64,000 bases of DNA. It comes from Myxococcota bacterium (lineage in GTDB: Bacteria > Myxococcota_A > UBA796 > UBA2385). Position 1 is the stretch's first letter, and every line of letters starts with the position of its first letter. The DNA lies in NCBI GenBank assembly GCA_044344255.1, contig JBIJDH010000022.1:64001-128000 (forward strand). The letters are read 5' to 3'. A program made the translations under genes and the position numbers. The notes below the pieces were generated by a model. The model searched no databases. It was not told where the DNA came from and saw nothing but the letters and a program-made list of their open reading frames with translations. Below, in pieces: positions 18,875-30,631 of this stretch.

Positions 18875-20512
18875 ATGAGCGAAATGCTTGAGCGGACCAG
18901 TTTTGACACGCCGACCCTCCCTCGCCTCGCGATCATCATCGCGGAACTCCAGCGTGGGGTCTACCAAATTCCGGAGTTTCAACGACCCTCCGTTTGGGAA
19001 GACGACCAAAGACTGGGACTGATGGACAGCATCGCGAAGGGTCTACCCATCGGTAGCATTTTGGTATGGAGGTCGTCAAAGCACGTGCTCCAAACCTATC
19101 CCAGCGTAGCCGGTATTCCGGTTCCGAGATCGCCCAAAGAGGTTGACAAGCGCACCTACCTGATCGACGGCCACCAGCGGATCTCAACCCTGTTCGGAGC
19201 ACTAGTTCGGCCCACTCACCCACGCACAGGTCGAGACGCCAAGCGTTGGCCGATTTACTACGAGCTTGGTACGTCCGAGAGCCCAGCATTTAAGCTTCCT
19301 CCGGTACGTGGGGAAGTGCCAGCGCACTGGCTGCCGCTGGACATCCTGCTCGACAACAGGGCACTCTTCCGGTTTCGCGAGAGGCTATTTGCGAAAGGAG
19401 AAGACGCCCGAGCGGACGAGGTGGAGCGAATTGCCAATGTTTTCAAAGACTACATCATACCCGTCGTTCCCCTCGTAACGGAAACATTGGACCTCGTGAC
19501 CGACGCATTCGTTAGGATCAACAGTCAGGGTTCCGATATGACCGAAGCACACATGCTCCGAGCATTAACCTTTCTCAAGGGTGACATCGACACTGACCGA
19601 GGGTTCAAGCGCATTCGGGAAGCGCTCGAGCCGCTCGGCTGGGGGGAAATCCCAGACCAACCGCTGGTCAACAGTCTGAAGGCGGCGCTAGACCTAGATG
19701 TGTATCGGTCCTCTGTCACCGAAGTCAACGCTGCACTCCAAGAGAATCCCACGGCGCTGCTTCGGCTGCAAAAAGCGCTTCTCGAAGCTGTGTCCCTGCT
19801 CGCCAACATCGGGGTGCGTGGCTGGGGCGCTTTGCCGTACGCCTACCAGTTCGTCACCCTCGCCGCGCTGGCCTATCGCGATCTTGGTAGTCTGCAACGC
19901 AAGGAAGGGCCGCTGCGGCAATGGTTCTGGCGAACAACATATACGGAGCATTTCACGGGACAAACGGGCGGACAGATTCGCCGCGAAATTGACGTGCTCT
20001 CGATGATGCCCGACGACGGGGAAGCGGATATCGCGAAGGGGGTTGATGTCCCGGCGCTTAGCGGAAAGTTTAGGCAGGGAACAGTGCGAATCAAGGCCTT
20101 CCTCCTCTTTCTCGCGAGCAAGCCGAGCACAACCGAGGCGCGGGAGCGTAGACAGGAGGTTCTCGCTAAACTGCTTGGTTCGGGACGAGAGCGGAGGGCA
20201 CTGTCCCTTATCATTCCGAAACTTGGGGCTATCCCCGGGAACATTGTGCTCGCCGAGCAAGTAGAATTGGGCACAATTCGAAAGACAATGACAAGCGGTC
20301 ACCTCTCTTCGGAGCAAGCTGACGAGTTTGCCGTTCAAGGGCAGTTCGCAAACGCCTCATCTCTTGAGAGTCAGCGGACTCCGCAATGGATGGAACAGCG
20401 AACTGCGGTTCTGATCGCCGATGAAGCCACCTTCATCCGCAGCTTTGGCATCTCCATCACCGCTGGGAGCGGGGCGGAGCGGCAGGACGAGGGCGACGAC
20501 GACGACGCCTGA
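18875..20512 (+). CDS. DUF262 (GmrSD N-terminal/ParB-like) domain protein
   Basis: IPEFQRPSVW, DSIAKGLPIGSILVW, LIDGHQRISTL, FVRINSQG; ATG 1 nt after the upstream stop. Confidence 0.88.
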   Translation: MSEMLERTSFDTPTLPRLAIIIAELQRGVYQIPEFQRPSVWEDDQRLGLMDSIAKGLPIGSILVWRSSKHVLQTYPSVAGIPVPRSPKEVDKRTYLIDGHQRISTLFGALVRPTHPRTGRDAKRWPIYYELGTSESPAFKLPPVRGEVPAHWLPLDILLDNRALFRFRERLFAKGEDARADEVERIANVFKDYIIPVVPLVTETLDLVTDAFVRINSQGSDMTEAHMLRALTFLKGDIDTDRGFKRIREALEPLGWGEIPDQPLVNSLKAALDLDVYRSSVTEVNAALQENPTALLRLQKALLEAVSLLANIGVRGWGALPYAYQFVTLAALAYRDLGSLQRKEGPLRQWFWRTTYTEHFTGQTGGQIRREIDVLSMMPDDGEADIAKGVDVPALSGKFRQGTVRIKAFLLFLASKPSTTEARERRQEVLAKLLGSGRERRALSLIIPKLGAIPGNIVLAEQVELGTIRKTMTSGHLSSEQADEFAVQGQFANASSLESQRTPQWMEQRTAVLIADEATFIRSFGISITAGSGAERQDEGDDDDA

Positions 20513-20617
20513 CAACCCCGCCCGAGTCGGCCCGCACTCTCCGGTGGCGTTCCCCGTTTGCCGTGGCATGTTGTCCGACCTGGACGACCGCCCTGGACGA
20601 CCGCCCCTGGAGACGAC

Positions 20618-23779
<3,162 letters not shown>

Positions 23780-23784
23780 AGCCC

Positions 23785-24195
23785 GTGCGCTCCGCCCGCG
23801 ACGCCCTGCTCGAGGCGATGATCCCCGCCCCGGGCGCCGGCCTCCCCGCGATGGCCGAGCTCAATCTCGCGCCCTTCTGGGCCCGGTTTGACGCGGTGGC
23901 GCCCCTCCCGCTCCGCCTCGGCTTCGGCGGAGTGGCGCTGCTGCTGGTCTACGCGATGCCCTGGCTCCTCGGCTTCGGCCGCCCCTGGGGGCGCCTCTCG
24001 CAGGGCGAGCGGGACCGGCTGCTCGAGCGCTGCGCCGCCTCGCCGCTGCTCGGGCCCACCCAGGACCTCGTGAAGCTCGTGGCCTGCTTCGCATACTTCG
24101 ACGACGGGCGCGTGCAAGCCACCCTGCGCGCAGGGCGGGGCCTCGACGGTCGGGGCCGCGCTCGAGCGTCTATCGGGCTCGACCCCGCCGGCTGA
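23785..24195 (+). CDS. small protein, probable partner of GMC oxidoreductase (gluconate-2-DH subunit-3-like)
   Basis: LSQGERDRLL..LVKLVACFAYF pattern; lies upstream of the GMC gene. Confidence 0.6.
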   Translation: MRSARDALLEAMIPAPGAGLPAMAELNLAPFWARFDAVAPLPLRLGFGGVALLLVYAMPWLLGFGRPWGRLSQGERDRLLERCAASPLLGPTQDLVKLVACFAYFDDGRVQATLRAGRGLDGRGRARASIGLDPAG

Positions 24196-24458
24196 GGAGG
24201 CCGGCGTCGCGCCGCCGGGCACCCCCGCGTCCGTCGAGGGGGACCGCGTCCGCCCGTCGCCGGCGCCCTCGCCCGTCCCGGGAGGCTGCGCCGCTCCATC
24301 GCGCTCGCGCTCGACGGGCGAGGGTGAGCCTGAGGCGCCATCGGGCCCCTTCCCAAGCGTCGAGCCGCAGCGTACCTTGCCGACGTGGACGCCCGCATCG
24401 CCTGCCTCGACGACCCCCACCACCCGCGCGCGCACACCACCCGGCGCGGCGCTCCCCG

Positions 24459-25958
24459 ATGAGCGCCTTTGACGGTCGTGCCCTCCGCCAGCACGCCGCG
24501 ATCGAGGCCGACGTCGTGGTCGTGGGCAGCGGCCCCGCAGGCTCCGCCGCGGCGCGCGTGCTCGCCCAGGGCGGCGCGAAGGTGGTCGTCCTCGAGGCCG
24601 GCCCGCGGGTCGCCCCCGCCGACTCCGCGCTCAGCGCCTTCGCCTCGATGGCCGCGACCTACCGCGGCCTCGGCGCCACGCTGGCCCTCGGGCGGGCCGC
24701 CACCCCCCTCGTCCAAGGCAAGATGGTGGGCGGGAGCTCCCCCATCAACGGGGCGATCTGCTGGCGCCTGCCCCGCGACGTCTACGAGGAGTGGCGGCAG
24801 GCAGACCCCGCCCTCCAAGACGAGCTCCCCTGGGAGGCGCTCGAGGCCGTCACCAATGAGGTGGAGGCGCGGCTCGACGTCGCTCCCACCGACCCCGCCG
24901 TCGCCGGGCGCAAGAACACGCTGATGGCCCAAGGAGCCGAGGCCCTCGGCCTCGCGCACCGCCCGATCCGCCGCAACGTCCAGGGATGCGAGGGCCTCGG
25001 CCGCTGCTTGCAGGGCTGCCCCGCAGGCCACAAGCGCTCCGCCGACCAGACCCTCCTCGCCGACGCCGAAGAAGCGGGGGCCGCGGTCTACGCCTCCGTG
25101 GAGGCCCGCGCGGTCACGGTGCGGCGCGGGCGGGCCACCGAGGTCGTGGCAGAGGCCGCCGGGGGCGCCAGGCTCCGCGTCTCGGCCCGCCACGCCGTCG
25201 TCCTCGCCGCGAGCGCCGTGCAGACCCCCGCCCTGCTCTTAGAGAGCGGCATCCGCCACGGCCCCGTCGGTGAGGGCTTCCAGGGCCACCCGGGGGTGTC
25301 GATGGCGGGGCGCTTCGCCGAGCCCGTACGCATGTGGGAGGGAGCCACCCAAGGCCACGAGGTCACGGGCCTCCGCGGAGAGGGCCTGAAGTTCGAGGCC
25401 CTCGGCTTCGACCTCACCCTGCTCGCGGCCCGCCTGCAGGGGTCCGGCAGCGCCTTCGCGGCCCGCCTGACCGACCTCGACCACTGGCTCGAGTGGGGGG
25501 CCGCCGTGCGCTCCACCGCGCGCGGGCGGGTGCGGGTGCTCTTCGGCCAGACCCTCGTGACATGGAGCCCCACGGCGCTCGACCTCGCCCGCTACCGCCG
25601 CGGCCTTCGTGTGCTGGGCGAGCTGATGTTCGCGGCGGGGGCCGAGTCGGTCGCGCCGGGCCTCCGCGGCTTCCCGCACCGGCTCGACCACCCGAGCGCG
25701 CTCCGCGCCCTCGAGACCGACGGCCCAGAGAGCGCCGCGGCCTACCCCGCCGTCATCACGCACATGTTCGGCACCTGCAGAATGGGCACCGCCCCCCGCC
25801 GCTCGGTCGTGCGCCTCGACACCCGCCACCACGTCGTGGAGGGCCTCTACGTCGCCGACTCCAGCATCTTCCCCACCAACATCGGGGTCAACCCGCAGAT
25901 CCCGATCATGGCCCTGGCCACGCTCTCCGCCCGCCACGTGCTGGCTCGGGCCCTCTGA
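24459..25958 (+). CDS. GMC family oxidoreductase
   Basis: VVGSGPAG, GKMVGGSSPING, C..LGRCLQGC, HMFGTCRMG, LYVADSSIFP..GVNPQIPIMALA. Confidence 0.92.
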   Translation: MSAFDGRALRQHAAIEADVVVVGSGPAGSAAARVLAQGGAKVVVLEAGPRVAPADSALSAFASMAATYRGLGATLALGRAATPLVQGKMVGGSSPINGAICWRLPRDVYEEWRQADPALQDELPWEALEAVTNEVEARLDVAPTDPAVAGRKNTLMAQGAEALGLAHRPIRRNVQGCEGLGRCLQGCPAGHKRSADQTLLADAEEAGAAVYASVEARAVTVRRGRATEVVAEAAGGARLRVSARHAVVLAASAVQTPALLLESGIRHGPVGEGFQGHPGVSMAGRFAEPVRMWEGATQGHEVTGLRGEGLKFEALGFDLTLLAARLQGSGSAFAARLTDLDHWLEWGAAVRSTARGRVRVLFGQTLVTWSPTALDLARYRRGLRVLGELMFAAGAESVAPGLRGFPHRLDHPSALRALETDGPESAAAYPAVITHMFGTCRMGTAPRRSVVRLDTRHHVVEGLYVADSSIFPTNIGVNPQIPIMALATLSARHVLARAL

Positions 25959-26011
25959 GCCCCCCGCCGAGGCTCGGCGTCGGCTACGCTCGCGGATGGA
26001 GGGCGCCCGCG

Positions 26012-26725
26012 ATGCGCGACTCAGGGAGAGGCAGCGCACGGCCCCCGCTCTTCCGCCGCCTGCCCGCCCCCGCCTCCCTCGACGAGCTGCGCGAACGCGC
26101 CGCGCTCATCGGCGGGCGCAGCCTCGCCGCCCTCGCCTGGGAGCTCGGCGCCACCGCGCCCGACGACCTCCGCCGCCACAAGGGCTGGGTGGGCCAGCTC
26201 ATCGAGGCCGCCCTCGGGGCCCCGGGCGGCGGCGCGCCCACGCCCGACCTCGCCGGTCTCGGCGTCGAGCTCAAGACCATCCCCATCGACGCGGAGGGCC
26301 GCCCGCTCGAGTCGACCTGGGTCTGCTCGGCGCCGATGGACGGCTCGATGGAGCCCACCTGGGCGGGCTCCCACGTGCGCCAGAAGCTCGCGAAGGTGCT
26401 GTGGGTGCCCATCCTCACCGAGCCTGGGGCGCCGCCGGCCGCCCGCCGGGTGGGAGAGGCCCGCCTCTGGAGCCCGAGCCCCGCCGAGGAGGCCCTCCTC
26501 CAGGCCGACTGGGAGGAGCTGGCCGAGATCATCGCCCGCGGCGAGCGCTGGCTGCTCCGGGCCGACCGCGGCCGCGTGCTCCAGCTCCGCCCCAAGGCCG
26601 CCAACCGGGAGGACAAGGTCTGGGTCGTCGATGAGGAGGGCCGCTGGATCACCGCCGTGCCCCAGGGCTTCTATCTGCGCAGCCGCTTCACCGCGGACCT
26701 CCTCACCACCCTGCGCGACCGGTAG
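26012..26725 (+). CDS. mutH: DNA mismatch repair endonuclease MutH
   Basis: KGWVGQLIE, PDLAGLGVELKTIPID..GRPLESTWVC, SHVRQKL..VLWVP, LWSPS, DWEEL, LQLRPKAAN, PQGFYL; co-linear with E. coli MutH as recalled. Confidence 0.93.
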   Translation: MRDSGRGSARPPLFRRLPAPASLDELRERAALIGGRSLAALAWELGATAPDDLRRHKGWVGQLIEAALGAPGGGAPTPDLAGLGVELKTIPIDAEGRPLESTWVCSAPMDGSMEPTWAGSHVRQKLAKVLWVPILTEPGAPPAARRVGEARLWSPSPAEEALLQADWEELAEIIARGERWLLRADRGRVLQLRPKAANREDKVWVVDEEGRWITAVPQGFYLRSRFTADLLTTLRDR

Positions 26726-26728
26726 GCT

Positions 26729-27715
26729 GTGGGAATGCACGCCACCGACGCCGACCCGCCCTCCGCCCTCCGCGTCGCGATCACGGGGGCCACGGGCTTC
26801 CTCGGCGGGCACACCACCCTCGCCCTCCAAGCGGCGGGGCACACGGTCACCGGGGTGGTGCGACGACCGGAGGCCGGGGGCTGGCTCTCGGAGCGGGGCG
26901 TGGCGCTGCGGTCTGCCGACCTCCGCGACGAGGCCTCGCTCCGCCGCGCCTTCGAGGGCTGCGCGGTGGTGGTCGCCAACGCCGCGATGAGCTCCTACAC
27001 CGGCAGCCTCGAGGAGATGGTGCGCACCAACGTGTCGGGCACCGAGGCCACGCTGCGGGCCGCCGCCGCGGCGGGTGTAGAGCGGGTGGTCTACATCTCC
27101 ACGGTCGGCCTCTATGAGACCACCACCCGGCACCCGATGGGCGAGGATCAGCCCCGCTACGGCCCGGTCAAGCGGTGGTTCGCCTGGTCACACCTGACGA
27201 CCGACTGGCGCTACTCGGTGTCGAAGGGCCTCGCGGAGGACCGCGCCTGGGCGGTGGCGGCCGAGCTCGGCCTGAGGGTGACGGTGCTGCGCCCCGGGCC
27301 CATCTACGGCTCGCGCGACCCCAAGTGGACCGCCCGCCTCCTCCGCCAGCACGCGCGGCGCGTCACCTTCGCCCCCACGCTCGGGGTGCCGCTCATCCAC
27401 GCCGGGGACGTGGCCGCCTGCGTGGTCGCCGCGGTGGAGCGCCCGGGCTGCGCCGGTCGCCCGTACAACATCGCCGGGCCGCCGGTCTCCCCCTACACCG
27501 CCCTCCGCCTGCTGCGGGCCTTGAGCGGGCGGGGGCCGCTCCTCATCCCGGTGCCGGTCCCCCTCTCGGTCCGCTACGACACCCGCGCCGCCGAGGTCGC
27601 CCTCGGCCTCCGCTGCCGGAGCCTCGAGGCGGGCCTCCGTGAAGTGCTGGAGCCGCTCCCCGCCGCCCCGCGACCGGGCGGGGCCGTTGGACCAAACCAA
27701 GCGCGGCAGCTATAA
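26729..27715 (+). CDS. NAD-dependent epimerase/dehydratase (extended SDR)
   Basis: ITGATGFLG, YSVSK (YxxxK), LRPGPIYG. Confidence 0.9.
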   Translation: MGMHATDADPPSALRVAITGATGFLGGHTTLALQAAGHTVTGVVRRPEAGGWLSERGVALRSADLRDEASLRRAFEGCAVVVANAAMSSYTGSLEEMVRTNVSGTEATLRAAAAAGVERVVYISTVGLYETTTRHPMGEDQPRYGPVKRWFAWSHLTTDWRYSVSKGLAEDRAWAVAAELGLRVTVLRPGPIYGSRDPKWTARLLRQHARRVTFAPTLGVPLIHAGDVAACVVAAVERPGCAGRPYNIAGPPVSPYTALRLLRALSGRGPLLIPVPVPLSVRYDTRAAEVALGLRCRSLEAGLREVLEPLPAAPRPGGAVGPNQARQL

Positions 27716-30631
27716 ATGCCCCCGGACGGCGACGCCTCGGCGAGAGACCCCCGCCGCCCTCGACGCCCCCCCATAGGCGCCCCCCTCCGCACGGGTCCCA
27801 CCGGAATGGCCCTCCTCCCGCCCTCTCCCTCGCTGACCGAGCACCTCTCCCTACAGTCCAAGGTCGGTGAGGGCCGCCTGGGCGCGGTCTGGCGGGCCTT
27901 CCACCGGGAGACCGGCCAGCCCGTCGCCCTCCGCGTCGTCTCGGACGCCGGGCTGGTCGATGACCGCCTCCGCCTCGCCTGGTGGCGAGAGATCCGCCAG
28001 GGCCTGACCACGCTCCACCCCTACCTCTGCACCACCTACGGCGGCGGTGTGCTCTCCGCCGACGACGCCCGGCGGACGCGGCTGCCCGAGGGCTCCCTGT
28101 GGATGGCGACCGAGTGGCTCGAGGGGCCCTCCCTGTACGGGCAGCGGCTCCCCACGCTGGAGGCCGCCCCCATCATCTCGGCGGTCCTCCGCGGCCTCGC
28201 CCACCTGCACGCCCGTGGCCTCCGCCACGGCGCCGTGCGCCTCGCCAACCTCCGCCGCCCGGGCCCCGGCGCCTTGCCGCGCCTCTGTGACGCCGGCATG
28301 GACCGAATCGAGGCGGTCATCCACGAGGGCGGCGACCTCGGCAGCATCCAGGGCCCCGTGCTGACCGACCTCCAGGCGACGGCCGAGCTCGTCGCCAACC
28401 TCATCCCGAGCCCGCGCAGCCCGGCGATCGAGCAGTGGATCACCACCGCCCGCGGCAGCCGCAGCCGACGGCCGTTCACCCACGCCGCCGACGCCCGCCT
28501 CGCCTGGGAGGCCGCCGTGGGGCCAGCCGGCCGAGCGCCCGACCGCAGCAGCCGCTCCCTGCCACGGCCGCTCCGCCTCGGGAGCCAGGAGCGCCCCTGG
28601 CCCTTGATCGGCCGGAAGACCGAGCAGGACGCGCTCATCGCCGCGCTCCGCCGCGTCCGCGCCGAGGGGCGGCCCCGGGCCGTCGTCGTCCTCGGCGCGC
28701 CCGGCGTGGGTCGCACCGCGCTCGTCCACGCGCTCTCCGTTCAGTCCGACGAGCAGGGCTTCGCGCGCTCCCTCATCGCCTTCCACGGCCCGATCACGAC
28801 GCGCTCGCACGGCCTCACCGGCATGATCGCGCGCTTCCTCGCCACCGACGGCATGGCCCCGCCCCTCTCCACCATCCGCGCCGAGTCCCGCCTCGCTGAC
28901 CTCGGCATCGAGGAGGAGATGATCCGGCGCTTCGTCCCGATGTGGGTGGAGGACGGGCGCGGCGCGATGCCCGTGAGCCCGGTCGAGCAGACCGACCTCC
29001 TGCTCAGCCTCATCAGCCGCCTCGCCGCCGACAAGCCCGTCGTCATCCGCCTCGACGAGGCCCACTGGAGCCTCGAGGCCCTCGACTTCGCCGAGCAGCT
29101 CCTCTCCCGCGCCGGTGAGCTCAACCTGCCGGTCCTCCTGCTCATCACGGTTCGCTCCGATCTCCTCTCCAAGCGGCCCGCCGAGGCCGAGCGGGTCGAC
29201 CGCCTCCGCGCCCGCCCCGAGTGTGAGACGCTCGTGCTCGAGCCCCTCGATGCGGAGGCCCAGAAGGGCATCCTCGAGGAGCTGCTGCTGTTCAGCGGGC
29301 CCACCGCCCGGCGGCTCTCCGAGGCCGCGCAGGGGAGCCCCCTCTACCTCCACGCGCTCGTGGCCGAGCTCCGCCGCCAGGGGGCGCTCACCCAGCAGAT
29401 CAGCGGCACCTGGGCCCGCGTGGACGACTCCGCTCCCCTGCCCGCCGATCTCGCCCAGATCTGGGAGCAGCGCCTCTCCCATCTCCTCGACGAGCTCGCC
29501 CCCGATCAGTCCGACGCCGTTGAGCTCGCCGCGGTCCTCGGCGGCCTGGTCGACCCCCACGAGTGGCGAGAGGTCTGCGCCAATGAGGGGGTCTCGGTAG
29601 ACCCCGGCCTCGCCGAGATGCTGCTCCACCTCGACCTCGCCACCCCCCTCTCCCGCGGCGCGCCGGGGGCCTGGTACTTCAGCCACGGCCTCGTCGTCCG
29701 CGCGATCATCCACCGCGCCGTGCGCCGCGGCAAGCTGGCCGACCACCACCGCGCCGTCGCCCGCACCCTCGAGGCGCAGGTCGAAGACAAGAGCCCCCTC
29801 CGTCAGCTCCGGCGCTTCCGACATCGCCTCGCCGCCGGTGAGCTCGACGCCGTCTTCCCGGCCGCCCTCCGCCAGGCCCGCGACCACCTCACCGGCGGGC
29901 TGCTCCGCCCGGGCCTCGAGCTCACCGACCTCCTCTCCCGCGCGGTCGAGGCCACCGAGGGGCCGAAGCAGGCCGAGCGCCGCGCCTGGATCCAGACCCT
30001 CCTCGCCGAGGCCCGCCTCGTAGAGGGCCGCCCCGACGAGGCCGCCATCCTCCTGCACCGCACCGAGATCACGGCGCGGGCCCAGGGCTGGACCCACCTC
30101 CTCGTGCTCACCCTGCTGCTGCGGGTTCGGGCCGACCGCGCCGACCGTGACGGCGACGCAGCGCGGGAGCGCCTCGCCGAGGCCGACCGCCTCCTCCAGC
30201 CCTCCGGCCCCTCCTGGCTCCGCGCCCGCACCCGCATGGCGGCGGCGCGCCAGGCCATGGCCCACGAGGACTGGGAGCAGGCCGCCGACGAGCTCGCCGA
30301 GGCCATCCCCCTCTGGGAGGAGGCCGGCGAGGCGACCGGCCTCGGCCAGTGCTGGCTCGACCTCTCCCGCCTCGCCTGGGTGGGCGGAGACCCCGCCGCG
30401 GCTCGCCGCTGGCGAGAGGCGGCCCAGCGCCACTTCGAGGCCTCCGGCGCCTGGCTGGGCCTCGCCGAGGTGCGCACTGTGGCGGGAGATCAGCTCCGCC
30501 TGCAGGGCGACCTCGCCGGGGCCCGGGCCTCCTACGCCGCCGCCCTCCGCCTCGCTGACACCATTGGGATCCCGGGCCTCTTCGAGGCGGAGGTCGGCCG
30601 CGCCCTGCTGGCCCTGTCTTCCGCAGAGTGA
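27716..30631 (+). CDS. pseudokinase-AAA(STAND-like ATPase)-TPR protein
   Basis: Degenerate kinase (GEGRLGAVW, HGAVRLANL, LCDAG), LIGR, GAPGVGRT, LDEAHW, GSPLYL, TPR-like C-terminus. Confidence 0.8.
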   Translation: MPPDGDASARDPRRPRRPPIGAPLRTGPTGMALLPPSPSLTEHLSLQSKVGEGRLGAVWRAFHRETGQPVALRVVSDAGLVDDRLRLAWWREIRQGLTTLHPYLCTTYGGGVLSADDARRTRLPEGSLWMATEWLEGPSLYGQRLPTLEAAPIISAVLRGLAHLHARGLRHGAVRLANLRRPGPGALPRLCDAGMDRIEAVIHEGGDLGSIQGPVLTDLQATAELVANLIPSPRSPAIEQWITTARGSRSRRPFTHAADARLAWEAAVGPAGRAPDRSSRSLPRPLRLGSQERPWPLIGRKTEQDALIAALRRVRAEGRPRAVVVLGAPGVGRTALVHALSVQSDEQGFARSLIAFHGPITTRSHGLTGMIARFLATDGMAPPLSTIRAESRLADLGIEEEMIRRFVPMWVEDGRGAMPVSPVEQTDLLLSLISRLAADKPVVIRLDEAHWSLEALDFAEQLLSRAGELNLPVLLLITVRSDLLSKRPAEAERVDRLRARPECETLVLEPLDAEAQKGILEELLLFSGPTARRLSEAAQGSPLYLHALVAELRRQGALTQQISGTWARVDDSAPLPADLAQIWEQRLSHLLDELAPDQSDAVELAAVLGGLVDPHEWREVCANEGVSVDPGLAEMLLHLDLATPLSRGAPGAWYFSHGLVVRAIIHRAVRRGKLADHHRAVARTLEAQVEDKSPLRQLRRFRHRLAAGELDAVFPAALRQARDHLTGGLLRPGLELTDLLSRAVEATEGPKQAERRAWIQTLLAEARLVEGRPDEAAILLHRTEITARAQGWTHLLVLTLLLRVRADRADRDGDAARERLAEADRLLQPSGPSWLRARTRMAAARQAMAHEDWEQAADELAEAIPLWEEAGEATGLGQCWLDLSRLAWVGGDPAAARRWREAAQRHFEASGAWLGLAEVRTVAGDQLRLQGDLAGARASYAAALRLADTIGIPGLFEAEVGRALLALSSAE

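Larger units (their letters stand above)
16535..20512 (+). other. lower-GC three-gene islet (probable horizontally acquired defence cassette)
   Basis: Visibly more A/T-ending codons than the flanks; tightly coupled genes; no integrase or clear boundary repeats seen. Confidence 0.7.

Noticed and set aside
20545..20580. Sigma54 promoter upstream of the large lipoprotein
   Set aside because: TGGC and TTGC elements are not at the required GG-N10-GC spacing.
24196..24458. Possible toxin-like gene fragment (AAYLADVDARIACLDDPHHP) in the intergenic gap
   Set aside because: Too short, with no start or supporting motifs.
27851..30433. Very long antisense or alternate-frame ORFs (e.g. 27851-30433, 30532-33081, 1718-3892, 50134-52077)
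   Set aside because: Shadow ORFs expected at high GC opposite genes with clear motifs; they have no recognisable domains.
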